Below the pieces are notes generated by a model that saw only the letters and a program-made list of their open reading frames with translations, ran no database searches and had not been told where the DNA came from. 64,000 nucleotides of DNA, taken from positions 14,377 to 78,376 of the forward strand of contig JAYQIC010000003.1 in NCBI GenBank assembly GCA_038141425.1, written 5' to 3'. Positions 20,373 through 30,061 of this stretch are shown here, one piece after another. The position numbers and the translations under genes are program-made. Numbering within the stretch: position 1 is the stretch's first letter; each line of letters starts with the position of its first letter. This stretch comes from Rhodospirillaceae bacterium (GTDB taxonomy: Bacteria; Pseudomonadota; Alphaproteobacteria; UBA7985).

Positions 20373-20398
20373 TGTCTGAGGGCACGCAGCAGACTTCC

Positions 20399-21094
20399 AT
20401 GACGGGACAGTATGAGCGCGTGCGCCGGGTGATCGATGCTATTGCCGACGTGCTCCGTGCCTGCACGCTTGAGGGCGGTGCAACGGCCGAGGCTGCGCAA
20501 CGCACGCTCGACCGACTGGCGACGACAGCCCTGACGCCTGGGGCCTTCGCCGACCTTCCTCCACAATCTCCCGGCCGTCACCGCACCCTGCTCAACGAGG
20601 CGATCGAGCACATGCAGGCGCCCGGTTTGCTAGCTTTGCAGCAGGCGGTGCGTGAGGCGGTCGACGATCTGGTCTGGGCAGAGGATCAGATGAAGTACTA
20701 CGCCCCCGACGCCGACGTCGGAGCCGGCTATCGCCACGGTAACCTACACACGCTGCTGATCGGTCCCGGTGCCTGCGGCTTCGCGCACGCCGACTTCACG
20801 CTGGGCCTGTTCCTGCTGCACCCGCGCACGCTCTACCGAGACCACGCCCACCCGGCGCCGGAGACCTACGTGAACCTGTCGCCCCGCTCGGGCTGGCGGT
20901 TTGGGGAGGGCGACTGGCGTGACCTTGGCCCGGGCAGCCTCGTCTTCAACGCGCCGATGGCGCCGCACGCGACGCGATCCTACAAGCAGCCGTTTTTCTC
21001 GGTGTTTTCCTGGATCGAGGACATCGACAATCCCTGCGTTGTGCTCCCGCGCGATGACTGGACGGAGATCGAACGGGCCCTGCCACACCTGTGA
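20399..21094 (+). CDS. cupin protein of the DMSP-lyase family (DddL/DddQ-like)
   Basis: 231 aa. LYRDHAHPAPETYVNLS gives the H-x-H-x3-E-x-Y metal/Tyr motif of cupin DMSP lyases. A second cupin His lies in NAPMAPHATRS, and the tail is SWIEDI. The gene sits directly after dddP. Confidence 0.55.
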   Translation: MTGQYERVRRVIDAIADVLRACTLEGGATAEAAQRTLDRLATTALTPGAFADLPPQSPGRHRTLLNEAIEHMQAPGLLALQQAVREAVDDLVWAEDQMKYYAPDADVGAGYRHGNLHTLLIGPGACGFAHADFTLGLFLLHPRTLYRDHAHPAPETYVNLSPRSGWRFGEGDWRDLGPGSLVFNAPMAPHATRSYKQPFFSVFSWIEDIDNPCVVLPRDDWTEIERALPHL

Positions 21095-21190
21095 TGGCTG
21101 CGGCGGCAAAAACCGGCTAGCATCGGCGGAAGTCCCTGTGATCGGAAGTCCCTGTCATCGCTCATCCTTCCTGTTCGAGAGGTTCCCGCT

Positions 21191-22097
21191 ATGCCCCGTT
21201 CTCCCGCTGCTCTCAGCCCCGAAGCCGAAGCCATTTTCGCCGCCATGGAGCCCTTGACTCGCCCTACGTGCTCGACCAGCCGCTGGACGGTATCCGAAAA
21301 GCCCAGCGCGAGGGCTACACCCCGGCGGTCGAAATGGCGCTGGCGCGGTACCCCGTGACCATCACGGACGTCGAGGTTGGCGGCGTGGCGTGCATGGAGG
21401 TCTGCGCCGACAGCGCTGCGCCGACCAAGGGCACCATCCTCTACCTGTTTGGCGGTGGGTTCATGGTCGGCAGCCCGTTCGAAGACCTACCGATCACCTC
21501 GGCGCTGGCGGTCAAAACCGGCGCCCGGATCGTCGCGCCTTACTACCGCCTGGCGCCCGAGCACCCGTTTCCCGCCGCGCTGGATGATGCCTTTGCGGTG
21601 GCGCAGGCGCTGTCCGGGGAGGGGGCTTCTGCCTCGCCGGTGAGAGCGCGGGCGGCAATCTCTCGCTGGCGCTGACCCATCGGCTGCGCGCGCGCGGCCT
21701 GCCGGTGCCGGGTGCCATCGCGGCCCTGTCCCCGGCCTGCGATCTCAACGACTATGGCGACAGCGCGGTGGCGGACCGTGACCCGGTGCTGCGCGCGGAT
21801 GAAGGGCCCAACATCACCATCGCCTATCTGGCCGGGCACGACGTGACAGACCCCGAGGCCTCCCCGGTCTTCGGCGCGTTCGATGCAACCTTTCCGCCGA
21901 CCCTGATCACCACGGGAACCCGCGATATGCTGCTGAGCTCGTGTGTGCGGCTGGCGCGGGTGATGCGCGAGGGCGGCGCGGTCGTTGATCTGCGCGTCTG
22001 GGAAGGGCTGTGGCACGTGTTCGAGTTCTACCCCGACATCCCGGAGGCAGACCTGTCACTGACGGAAATCGCCGACTTCCTCCGCCCCCGGCTCTGA
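21191..22097 (+). CDS. alpha/beta hydrolase, HSL-type esterase/lipase; frame broken twice
   Basis: MPRSPAALSPEAEAIFAAMEP joins LDSPYVLDQPLDG at the C-run 21251..21253. It has the oxyanion motif LFGGGFMVG. The GESAGG nucleophile elbow is restored if G5 at 21621..21625 is G6. A catalytic His lies in WHVFE. Confidence 0.7.
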
Positions 22098-22197
22098 TCG
22101 ATTGCAAGCCGTTGACAGCGGCGGATGACATACTTCGTCGGCGCCGCCGTTACAAACCGAAACAGGGCGTTTCTGACCGCAAAGCCGCGCGTGCCTA

Positions 22198-22228
22198 GAT
22201 TGCCGTTGTCAGCAGACATTTGGCAATC
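22198..22228. promoter_or_regulatory. nested inverted repeat just upstream of the lyase-hydratase fusion gene
   Basis: GATTGCC gt TGTC agca GACA ttt GGCAATC. The outer 7-bp arms are at 22198..22204 and 22222..22228. The element ends 14 bp before ATG 22243. Confidence 0.25.
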
Positions 22229-22242
22229 GGGGAGACGCCACC

Positions 22243-24375
22243 ATGACTTTGCTCAAGAAACACCAATTCGGCCCGCGGGATCTCAGCAACAGCACTCAGG
22301 CGGCTTCGCTCGACCCGGCACCCATCGACGCTCCCCTCCCATCGCCTGCCTCAGCACCTGTCGCCCCCATCCGCTGCCTTTTCTTCGCCAAGCAGGGCGC
22401 GGCGACTGACCGTATCGCAGGCACCCGCGCCGATGCCGTGGTTCTCGACCTCGAAGACAGCGTCAAGCCCGCCGACCACCCCGCTGCCCGGGGCTGGATC
22501 AACGACCTGCTCCGCGACGGGCTGGGTGAGGAGCAGCGCGTCTTCGTCCGCGTCAACGCTCTCGACGCAGCAGCCGATCTCGACGCCGATCTTCAGGCTG
22601 TGATCGGTGAGGGTCTCGAGGGTCTGGTGCTGCCCATGCTCAACAGCGCCGCCGATGTTCACGCCTTTGATCGCCGGGTCGCCGCCGCCGAACATGCCGC
22701 TGGACTTCCCGTTGGCAAGGTCCGCTTCGTCTGCCTGCTCGAAACCCCCGCCGCTATCCTCGCCGCGGCCGAGATCGCCAAGGCCTCGCTCCGAACCATC
22801 GCCCTGTCGTTCGGCCATGCTGATTTTCTCCGCGCCACGCAGGGCGCCGACGCCGCTGATGCCTTGCTCACCGCTCGCTCGACCGTGGTTATGGCGGCGC
22901 GGGCTGAGGGGCTGCAGGCCATCGCCTCCCCGTTCATGGATCTGACCAACGACCGCGCCTTCGCCCGCGCCTGTGCTGAAATGAAGGCGCTGGGCTTCTC
23001 CGGCACCTATACCTTGCACCCGCGCCAGAACCCCATCGCCGCCAAGGCCTTTGCTCCATCGCTTGCCGACCAGCATCGCGCGCGCCTGATCATCGAGCAG
23101 GTGGGACAGGGCGGGGTCGCGACCCTTGACGGCGAGATGGTCGGCCCGCCGATGCTGGCCTGGGCAAAGACCGTGCTGGCTCAATCTCAGTCTTCCTCTG
23201 TGGCCGATGCCGGGTCCGCATCTGCATTGGCGTCTGGCCCCACGGCGGTGGCAGCGACCGTTTCCGCCTCTATGCCCCGCTACGGCATCGACCTCACCAG
23301 CCTGCGCCCCGGGCAGGTGCTGGAAAGCCCCTACGCCCTGACCATCGATGACGGCTGGCGCGCGACATGGCAGAGCGCCTTCCACGCCTCCAACCACCTC
23401 GAGACCAGCGTTGAATTTGCCCGAAGCCTTGGCCTGTCCGACCGGATGCTGCCCTACAGCCTGCTGCTCAATCTGACGCTCTGCATGTCGGTCGAGCCCT
23501 TCAGCGAAAGCTGCCGCCTGCATCTGGGGCTGCACGATGCCGTCGCAGAGCGCCCGGCCTTTGTTGGCGATACCTTCAGCAACCGGATTCTGGTGGAGAG
23601 CGTGCGCAACACTGCTCGCGGAGACGCCAGCGTCATCCGAACCCGCCACGTGCTGATCAACCAGCGCGGGGAGCGGGTCTTCAGCCTCACCAAGATGTCC
23701 TACTTCGACCCGGTCGCCCCAGCCTGCGTCGGTGCGACCGAGCCCGGCGCCATCGGTGGCGACTTTGCTGCCGCCGCCGGTCCCGCACAGTCACTGCGTG
23801 AGCGCGTGATCGAGGCCGTTGGCGCAGGCCAGCCCTTGAACAGCGTGGCCATCGCGCCCGATCTGGATGCCGGTCAGCTGATTCTGCACCCGCCCGTGCG
23901 TCCCATCGGTTGGTCTGAAAACCTCGGCCTCAGCACGCTGCTGCGTAACACCCATCCGCTGCACTTCGACGCCCAGCGTTTTGGCCGTGAAGACATCGTG
24001 GTCTGCGGCGGCTTCGTTCAGGCCATGGCCCACGCTGCCGGCGAGCGGGAGCTGCGCCAGATCGTGCACGAACAGGTCGTCCAATCCTCCCACATCAACA
24101 CCGTCGCCCCGGAAGACCGGATCGGCGCCATCAGCTTTATCCGCAGCGTCACCCCGATCAGTGACCGGCTGGAAGAAGTCGAGCTCAAGACCTTCGGCCT
24201 GCGTAATGTCGATATCGCACGCGAGCTGGGCAATCGGCCGCTGCCACTGGCGCTGTTCGAGGCGGAGGGCACCAAGCCGTCGGTATACGAAGACATCTGC
24301 CAGCGCGACTGCCCGGATCTCTCGGGTCGGATCGCGCTCCAGATCGAACGTCGGATCCTGCGCCTGCGCGGCTGA
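22243..24375 (+). CDS. fusion protein: CitE/HpcH-like acyl-CoA lyase domain plus MaoC-like double-hotdog hydratase domain
   Basis: Intact 710-aa ORF. The N-terminal half has ADAVVLDLEDSV, RVNAL and LVLPM...ETP (CitE/malyl-CoA-lyase pattern). The C-terminal 350 aa has two hotdog-like halves including LRNTHPLHFDAQRFG..VVCGGF (MaoC signature context). Confidence 0.7.
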   Translation: MTLLKKHQFGPRDLSNSTQAASLDPAPIDAPLPSPASAPVAPIRCLFFAKQGAATDRIAGTRADAVVLDLEDSVKPADHPAARGWINDLLRDGLGEEQRVFVRVNALDAAADLDADLQAVIGEGLEGLVLPMLNSAADVHAFDRRVAAAEHAAGLPVGKVRFVCLLETPAAILAAAEIAKASLRTIALSFGHADFLRATQGADAADALLTARSTVVMAARAEGLQAIASPFMDLTNDRAFARACAEMKALGFSGTYTLHPRQNPIAAKAFAPSLADQHRARLIIEQVGQGGVATLDGEMVGPPMLAWAKTVLAQSQSSSVADAGSASALASGPTAVAATVSASMPRYGIDLTSLRPGQVLESPYALTIDDGWRATWQSAFHASNHLETSVEFARSLGLSDRMLPYSLLLNLTLCMSVEPFSESCRLHLGLHDAVAERPAFVGDTFSNRILVESVRNTARGDASVIRTRHVLINQRGERVFSLTKMSYFDPVAPACVGATEPGAIGGDFAAAAGPAQSLRERVIEAVGAGQPLNSVAIAPDLDAGQLILHPPVRPIGWSENLGLSTLLRNTHPLHFDAQRFGREDIVVCGGFVQAMAHAAGERELRQIVHEQVVQSSHINTVAPEDRIGAISFIRSVTPISDRLEEVELKTFGLRNVDIARELGNRPLPLALFEAEGTKPSVYEDICQRDCPDLSGRIALQIERRILRLRG

Positions 24376-24396
24376 GCTGTCGCCCGTCTGTCGTTC

Positions 24397-24594
24397 TCAG
24401 TCGCCGTTTTGGCGCATCAGCTCTTCTTTGAGGCTGCGGATTTCCTTGCGGGCTTCGAGCAGATCAACCTCCAGCCGGTCCCGCTCTTCGCGCACGGTTG
24501 CGACCCAGCGGAAGAAGTTCATCGGGATCGCAAGCGCGCCGATGACCACCACGGTCAGGCCAATGAGCAGAAGAACGGCGATCAGGGGAGCCAT
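24397..24594 (-). CDS. small membrane-anchored coiled-coil protein (65 aa), hypothetical
   Basis: MAPLIAVLLLIGLTVVVIGALAI is a TM helix, followed by the charged helix REERDRLEVDLLEARKEIRSLKEEL. It lies downstream of mod on the same strand. Confidence 0.3.
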   Translation of the reverse strand: MAPLIAVLLLIGLTVVVIGALAIPMNFFRWVATVREERDRLEVDLLEARKEIRSLKEELMRQNGD

Positions 24595-24713
24595 GGGAGA
24601 GCCTTTCGAGCAGCGATGACAGGGGCAGGCCACGCTTCTGACGCAGCGCATTGTTCTGCCGTTTAAATGGGGTCTCAAAGGCGCTCCCGCAAATCCGCAG
24701 CCTGCAGCGCCGG

Positions 24714-26206
24714 TCAGTCAGCCGGGTCGACGCCGTACACGCGGTAGCCGATATCGCCATCCCAGTCCGGGTGCGCCTTGGCCGGGTCCAGCGCTGCGCC
24801 TGCGCGGTCGATCCTGTCGCGGCACAGGTCGGCGATGCTGGCGTAGCCCGCCTTGCCCGCCGCCGAAGTCGGCTCCACCGGCACGTCGAGTTGCACCAGC
24901 ACGAACCGCCGCCGCTGCCCGTCTTCGGCATTGAGCGAGAGCAGTGCATCGGCTGTCGTCCCCGACCCGCCGAAGAAGTCCAGCACGATGTCATCCCCCT
25001 GCGTGGTGAAGGCGAGCAGGTCGCGCATCAGGCGGATGTGCTTGGGGTTGAGGAAGACCTTGGCCCCCATCAGCCGGGTCAGATACTGGGTATTATACTG
25101 GGCATCGTAGAGGCCGAGCGAGGACTTGATCGGGATGTTGGCGTTGCGGAATTCGTTGAAATATTCCTTCATCCGCACCTGCCCGGTCTCGGACTTGGGG
25201 AAGATCAGCTCGCCCGCCGCTGCCTTGCGCGCCATCTCCGCCGGGCTGAAGGCCCAGACATCGCGAAACCGTCTTCCGGTCGCCGGGTCTTCGACGTCGA
25301 AGGCTTCGCGCGGGTCTTTCACCGTGGATTTGCAGTTGGTGTTGCGCCAGGGACCGCGTGGGTCGTTGTCGGGGTTTTCGAAGCCCTCCGGGCTGCGCGG
25401 TCGCCCGATGAAGGAAAAGGCCGAAGAGCGCTGGAACACCAGCAGGTATTCGTGCACCCCGGCGATCATCTGCGCCGGTGGGACACCCTTGGCCGAGGAT
25501 TTCTTGTCATAGACCATGCACTCGACGAAGTTCTCGGCCCCGAACACCTCCTCGCACAGCTTCCACAGGTTCGGCAGCTCGTTCTCATCAATGGAGATGA
25601 CGATGCAGCCGTCTTCGCGGAGCAGTTCGCGGGCCACCTCCAGCCGTGGTAGCATGAAGCTCAGCCAGTCGGCATGAAAGCGGCCGTGGTGGTCGGCGTC
25701 TTCGCCGCCCTGCTGCGGTTCTGTCGCCGCTGCCTTGGGCTTGCGCGCGGTGTAGGAGCGCAGGCTTTCGCGGAAGTTATCCGGGAAAATAAACGCATTG
25801 CCGGTGTTGTAGGGCGGATCGATGTAGATCAGCCGAACCTGCCCGGCGAGGTCGCCGATTTCCGGCTCGGTAGCTGACCCGGCCCGCAGCAGCTTCAGCG
25901 CGGTGAGGTTGTCGCCGACGATCAGCCGGTGTCCGGTGGTCTCGGGTGACTTGCTCAGGTCGGGGCGGGGTGGAGCCGCCCTTCGGGGGGTGCCGCAGCC
26001 TGCCGCCGGGCCTCGGCCTTTCCCGGCCAGGTGAAGGCGTAGGTTTCAGCCGCGAGGCGATCCTCGCCCAGCTCGGCCTGCAGGGCGGCGCTCAGCCGTT
26101 CGGGGTCGACACGCCGGGTGACGGCGCCCGTGCTCGGGTCGCGGGTCTCGATCACGCTCTCCGGAAACAGCCGCTGGAGCCCGGTGATTTTATCGTCTGG
26201 CGTCAT
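24714..26206 (-). CDS. mod: type III restriction-modification Mod-like N6-adenine DNA methyltransferase (solitary); frame broken once
   Basis: The N-terminus has LFPESV..YAFTWPGK. It then has LIVGDNLTALKLL, motif IV IYIDPPYNTGN, HADWLSFMLPRLEVARELLREDGCIVISIDENE, and motif I LDFFGGSGTT. This order and these segments parallel EcoP15I Mod as I recall it. The break lies somewhere in 25950..25990, a C/G-run region. Confidence 0.8.
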
Positions 26207-26230
26207 GGCCCGTTCCGGTCACGCTTGGTC

Positions 26231-27694
26231 TCACTGCGGGTTGGTCGCCAGCCACACCGATTTGGTCTGCATGAAGCAGCGCATGCCCTCGATGCCGTTT
26301 TCGCGGCCATAGCCCGACTGCTTGAACCCGCCAACGGGGCTTTGCGTTGCCGCGTTGAAGTAGTTGTTGATGTAGACCGTCCCCGCTTCGATCCGCGCCG
26401 CCATCCGCATGGCCAGCGCCACGTCGGCGGTCCAGATCCCCGCGGCCAGCCCGTAGGGGGTATCGTTGGCGCGCTGGATCGCATCCTCGTCGTCCGTCCA
26501 AGCTTCGGTCGAGGCGACGGGGCCGAAGACCTCGGTCTGGGCCAGAGCCGCGCTGTTGGGCACGTCCGCGAACAGCGTCGGGCCGACGTAGTAGCCCCGC
26601 TCCCGCACCGCACGGCGCCCGTCGAGCAGCAGGCGGTGACCGGCGGTCTCGGCGGCGTCGATCTTGGCCAGCACGCCTTCGTAGTGCGGGCGGTTGGCCA
26701 GCGGGCCGATGGTCGTCGCCGGGTCCTCGGGTGGGCCGACCACGGCCTGCGCGCCGATGGCCGCCAGCCGCTGGGTGAAATCATCGATGATGTCGGCGTG
26801 AACCAGCAGGCGCGAGCCGGCGATGCAGCTCTGGCCCCCGCCGGGGAAGATGGCGTTGGCGATGCCGCGTGCTGCCAGATCAAGGTCGGCGTCGGCCCGG
26901 ATGATGTGCGGGGATTTACCGCCCAGCTCCATGACCACCGGCTTGACCTGCTCGGCCGCCAGCGCCGCCACCGCCCGACCGCCACTGGTGCTACCGGTGA
27001 AGCTGACCATGCGTACGTCGGGGTGGCGGACCAGCGGCGTCCCGGTGGTGGGGCCGTAGCCGGTGACGACATTGACCACGCCGGGGGCAGAAGCTCGGCC
27101 TCCTGCAGGATCTGCATCAGCGCCAGCGTCGAGCAGCTTGCGTGCTCGGAGGGCTTGATCACCGCCGTGTTGCCCGCCGCCAGCGCCGCAGACACCTTCC
27201 AGATCACCGTCCCGACCGGCGCGTTCCACGGCAGGAACAGCGCCACCACGCCAAAGGGCTCCCAACTCATATAGTTGTGCATGTCGGGCATTTCGGCGGG
27301 GATCACCCGGCCTTCGAACTTGTCGCAGAGGCCGGCGTAGTAGTGCCAGCTATCGACCTGCCACCCGCCTTGTTTCAGGCCCGGGGCAATGTTGCCGGTC
27401 CGGCCATTGTCGCGCAGCTCGACAGCGCCCAGTTCCTCAGCCTTCTCGGAAATCAGGTCGCCGATCCGGCGCAGCACCCGCCCGCGCTGGGCGGGCAGCA
27501 TCCGGCCCCCATGGACCGTGGTAGAAGGCGGCCTTGGCGGCCCGTACCGCGCGGTCGACATCGGCCTCGCCACAGTCCGCCACCTGCGCCCAAACCGCGC
27601 CATCAGCAGGGTTCTCTGAGTCGATCCACTGGCCACCGGCGGGCTGGTGCCACTGGTTGTCGGCGAAGTAGGGGAAGCGTGTCACCTCAGGCAT
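26231..27694 (-). CDS. NAD(P)-dependent aldehyde dehydrogenase; frame broken twice
   Basis: ELGGKSP and GQSCIAGSR catalytic motifs. The three frame pieces join at the C5 run 27506..27510 (..HGPWG/RMLPAQRG..) and the G5 run 27083..27087 (..EAELLPP/GVVNVVTGYG..). Confidence 0.85.
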
Positions 27695-29383
27695 GGATCA
27701 CCTCACTGGCAGCGGGGGGCTCGCCGGGATACTCGGGCGGCGGCGGCGGGCGCTGCAAAATCATGTCGGCGGCCTTTTCGGCCATGGCGACCACGGTAGC
27801 ATAGAGATTGCCGGTAATCTGCGTCGGCATGGCGGCGGCGTCGCAAACCCGCAGGCCCTCGATCCCGCGCACCCGCAGCTGGTCATCGAGCACGGCGTCA
27901 AGGTCGGTGCCCATGCGCGCGGTGGAGCAGGGGTGGTGGCCGGTGTAGGCGGTTTCGCGGATAGCTTCGACGACCTGCGCGCGGTCGACGGCGTCCTTCC
28001 AGACACCGATCTCGCCCTGATGGTAGCGGGCGATTTCCGGCTGGGCCATGACCTCGCGCATGGCGGCGACACCGCGAACCAGCGCGTCGATGTCCGCGGG
28101 GTGGGACAGGAAGTTGGGGTCGATCCGTGGGTGGTCGAGCGGGTCGGCGCTGCGCAGCCGCAGGGTCCCGAGGCTCTGGGGCCGCTCGAGGTTGATGTCG
28201 ATCTGCAGCCCCGGCCGCGCCACCTTGCGCCCCCGGACCAGCAGCCGTCGCCCCAGCCGCTGCAGCAGGGGCGCGTCGTCCCGGTCCCCGCTGCCGAGGT
28301 TCTCATCGATGATCATCGGCGTCATGAACACCTGCAGCTCCGGCAGGGTCACGTCCTCGAAGGCGTGGAACAGCACGGCAGAAAACAGCGCCCCGCCCCC
28401 CGGCCCGGAGCCGTTGAGCAGCCAGCGCCCCATCAGCAGCGCTGCCCGGTCCAGCCGCTGATACCGGGCGGTGCTGAGGTCGATGCGGTCGGAGGCGTAT
28501 TGCATGGAAACATCGACGTGGTCGGCCAGATTGGCGCCCACATCTGGGGCGTCGAGTAGCGGCTTGATCCCGTGCGCGCGCAGGTGTTCGGCAGGGCCGA
28601 TCCCCGACAGCATGAGCAGCTGCGGCGTGCCAAAGGCCCCTTGGCAGACGATGATTTCACGCCCGGCGGAGATCACTTCGCCGTCGGTGGTCTCGACCCC
28701 GACGGCCCGGCGGCCGTCGAGCACCAGCCGCGCAATATGGCGGCGGGTGAGCACGGTCAGGTTCTTCGGCCGCTGGCTGAGGTAGGCGATGGCCGAGGAC
28801 TGGCGCACCCCGCGCGAAACCGTGCTGTCAGTGCGTGCCACCCCGGTGCGGTCCGGGCCGTTGAAGTCGTCCAGCTCGCGGTGTCCGACGGCGCGCGCGG
28901 CGTCGATGAAGGCCCGCTCCAGCGTGCCGAAATTGACCGAAGGCTCGGTTTTCAGCGGGCCGTCTGTACCGTGCCAGTCATCCCGGCGGTCGCGCGACCC
29001 CTCGGCGCGCTTGAAGTAGGGCAGGAGGTCGGCGTACCCCAGCCCCTGAGCCCCGACTGTCGCCACTGCTCATAGTCGCTTTCGACCCCGCGCATGTAGA
29101 TCATGCCGTTGACGATGGACGAGCCTCCGAGGGCCTTGCCGCGCGCGAAATAGATGCTGCGGCCGTTTAAGCTGGCCTGTGGTTCGCTGTGATAGCCCCA
29201 GTCGAGCTTGGGATTGCCGAAGACGAAGCCATTGCCCGCGGGCATGCGGATGAACAGGTCGCGGCCGGGGCCGCCAGCCTCAACGATGCAGACCGAAACC
29301 CCCGGGTCTTCGGCCAGCCGCGCGGCCAACGCACAGCCCGCCGATCCTCCCCCTGCGATCACGTAGTCGAATTTCATGGCCAC
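27687..29383 (-). CDS. GMC family oxidoreductase (choline dehydrogenase-like); frame broken once
   Basis: FDYVIAGGGSAGCALAARL FAD motif and GGSSIVNGMIYMRG. The pieces join (..EQWRQSGAQGLGYADLLPYFKRAEG..) at the C4 run 29051..29054. Its stop overlaps the ALDH start by 8 bp. Confidence 0.85.
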
Positions 29384-29458
29384 CCGTGCTTCGGACCTGC
29401 TTTCTGCTTCGAGCGGGAGCCTACACCAAGCCCGCCAGCGGCAGAAGCGCCGCGCCCG

Positions 29459-29902
29459 CTACTGCTGGTCGCGCTCCAGCCGCCGGAACCAGTCCAAGCC
29501 CTCGCCGATACCCGCTTCAAACGGCGTTGGCAGCCCGATGTCCGTGCAATGCGGGGTGCTGAACCAGTCGTGGTACTCCTCGACTGCCGTTTGCAGGGTG
29601 CCGTTGTAGACGTCGAAGAAAATGTCGGTCAGCGACCAGGTCAACTCGAAGATCATGTTGGGGGAGGCTGGATGCTCAGCGATCAGCGCCCGGATTTCAT
29701 CGCTCTGTTCGTAGGTGGACGTGCCAACCGGCCGCCGCCGGGAGCCGTCGTGCATGGTCCCGGCGAGCTGGTGCGCCGCTGCGCACATATCCCGGCTGTA
29801 GTCGGCCCCCATCTGGGCGGCAGCGGGCGGGGCAAGCGCCAGTAGGCTCAGGCCCGTCAACGCGGCGAGATACAGGTGTTTCACGGGTCGGCTTATCATC
29901 AA
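29459..29902 (-). CDS. hypothetical secreted protein
   Basis: 147 aa with signal peptide LAALTGLSLLALAPPAAAQ. No recognisable family. Confidence 0.5.
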   Translation of the reverse strand: MMISRPVKHLYLAALTGLSLLALAPPAAAQMGADYSRDMCAAAHQLAGTMHDGSRRRPVGTSTYEQSDEIRALIAEHPASPNMIFELTWSLTDIFFDVYNGTLQTAVEEYHDWFSTPHCTDIGLPTPFEAGIGEGLDWFRRLERDQQ

Positions 29903-30061
29903 GGTCAGGGCCTTCTCATCGGTCGTTATTGGTGCAGCTGATCATAAATTTTCGTGCTGTACCATCCGGCGCTAAAACGACGCTCAGACCCGAGTTCTCT
30001 TGAGCGCACCCTGAAAATCATTAGAATACACTAAAGTAAGTGCAAACCGGGAGAGCTGACC

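Noticed and set aside
24397-24713. A res (restriction) subunit downstream of mod
   Set aside because: Only about 320 bp are available, holding a 65-aa TM/coiled-coil ORF. A type III Res helicase-nuclease needs about 2.5-3 kb.
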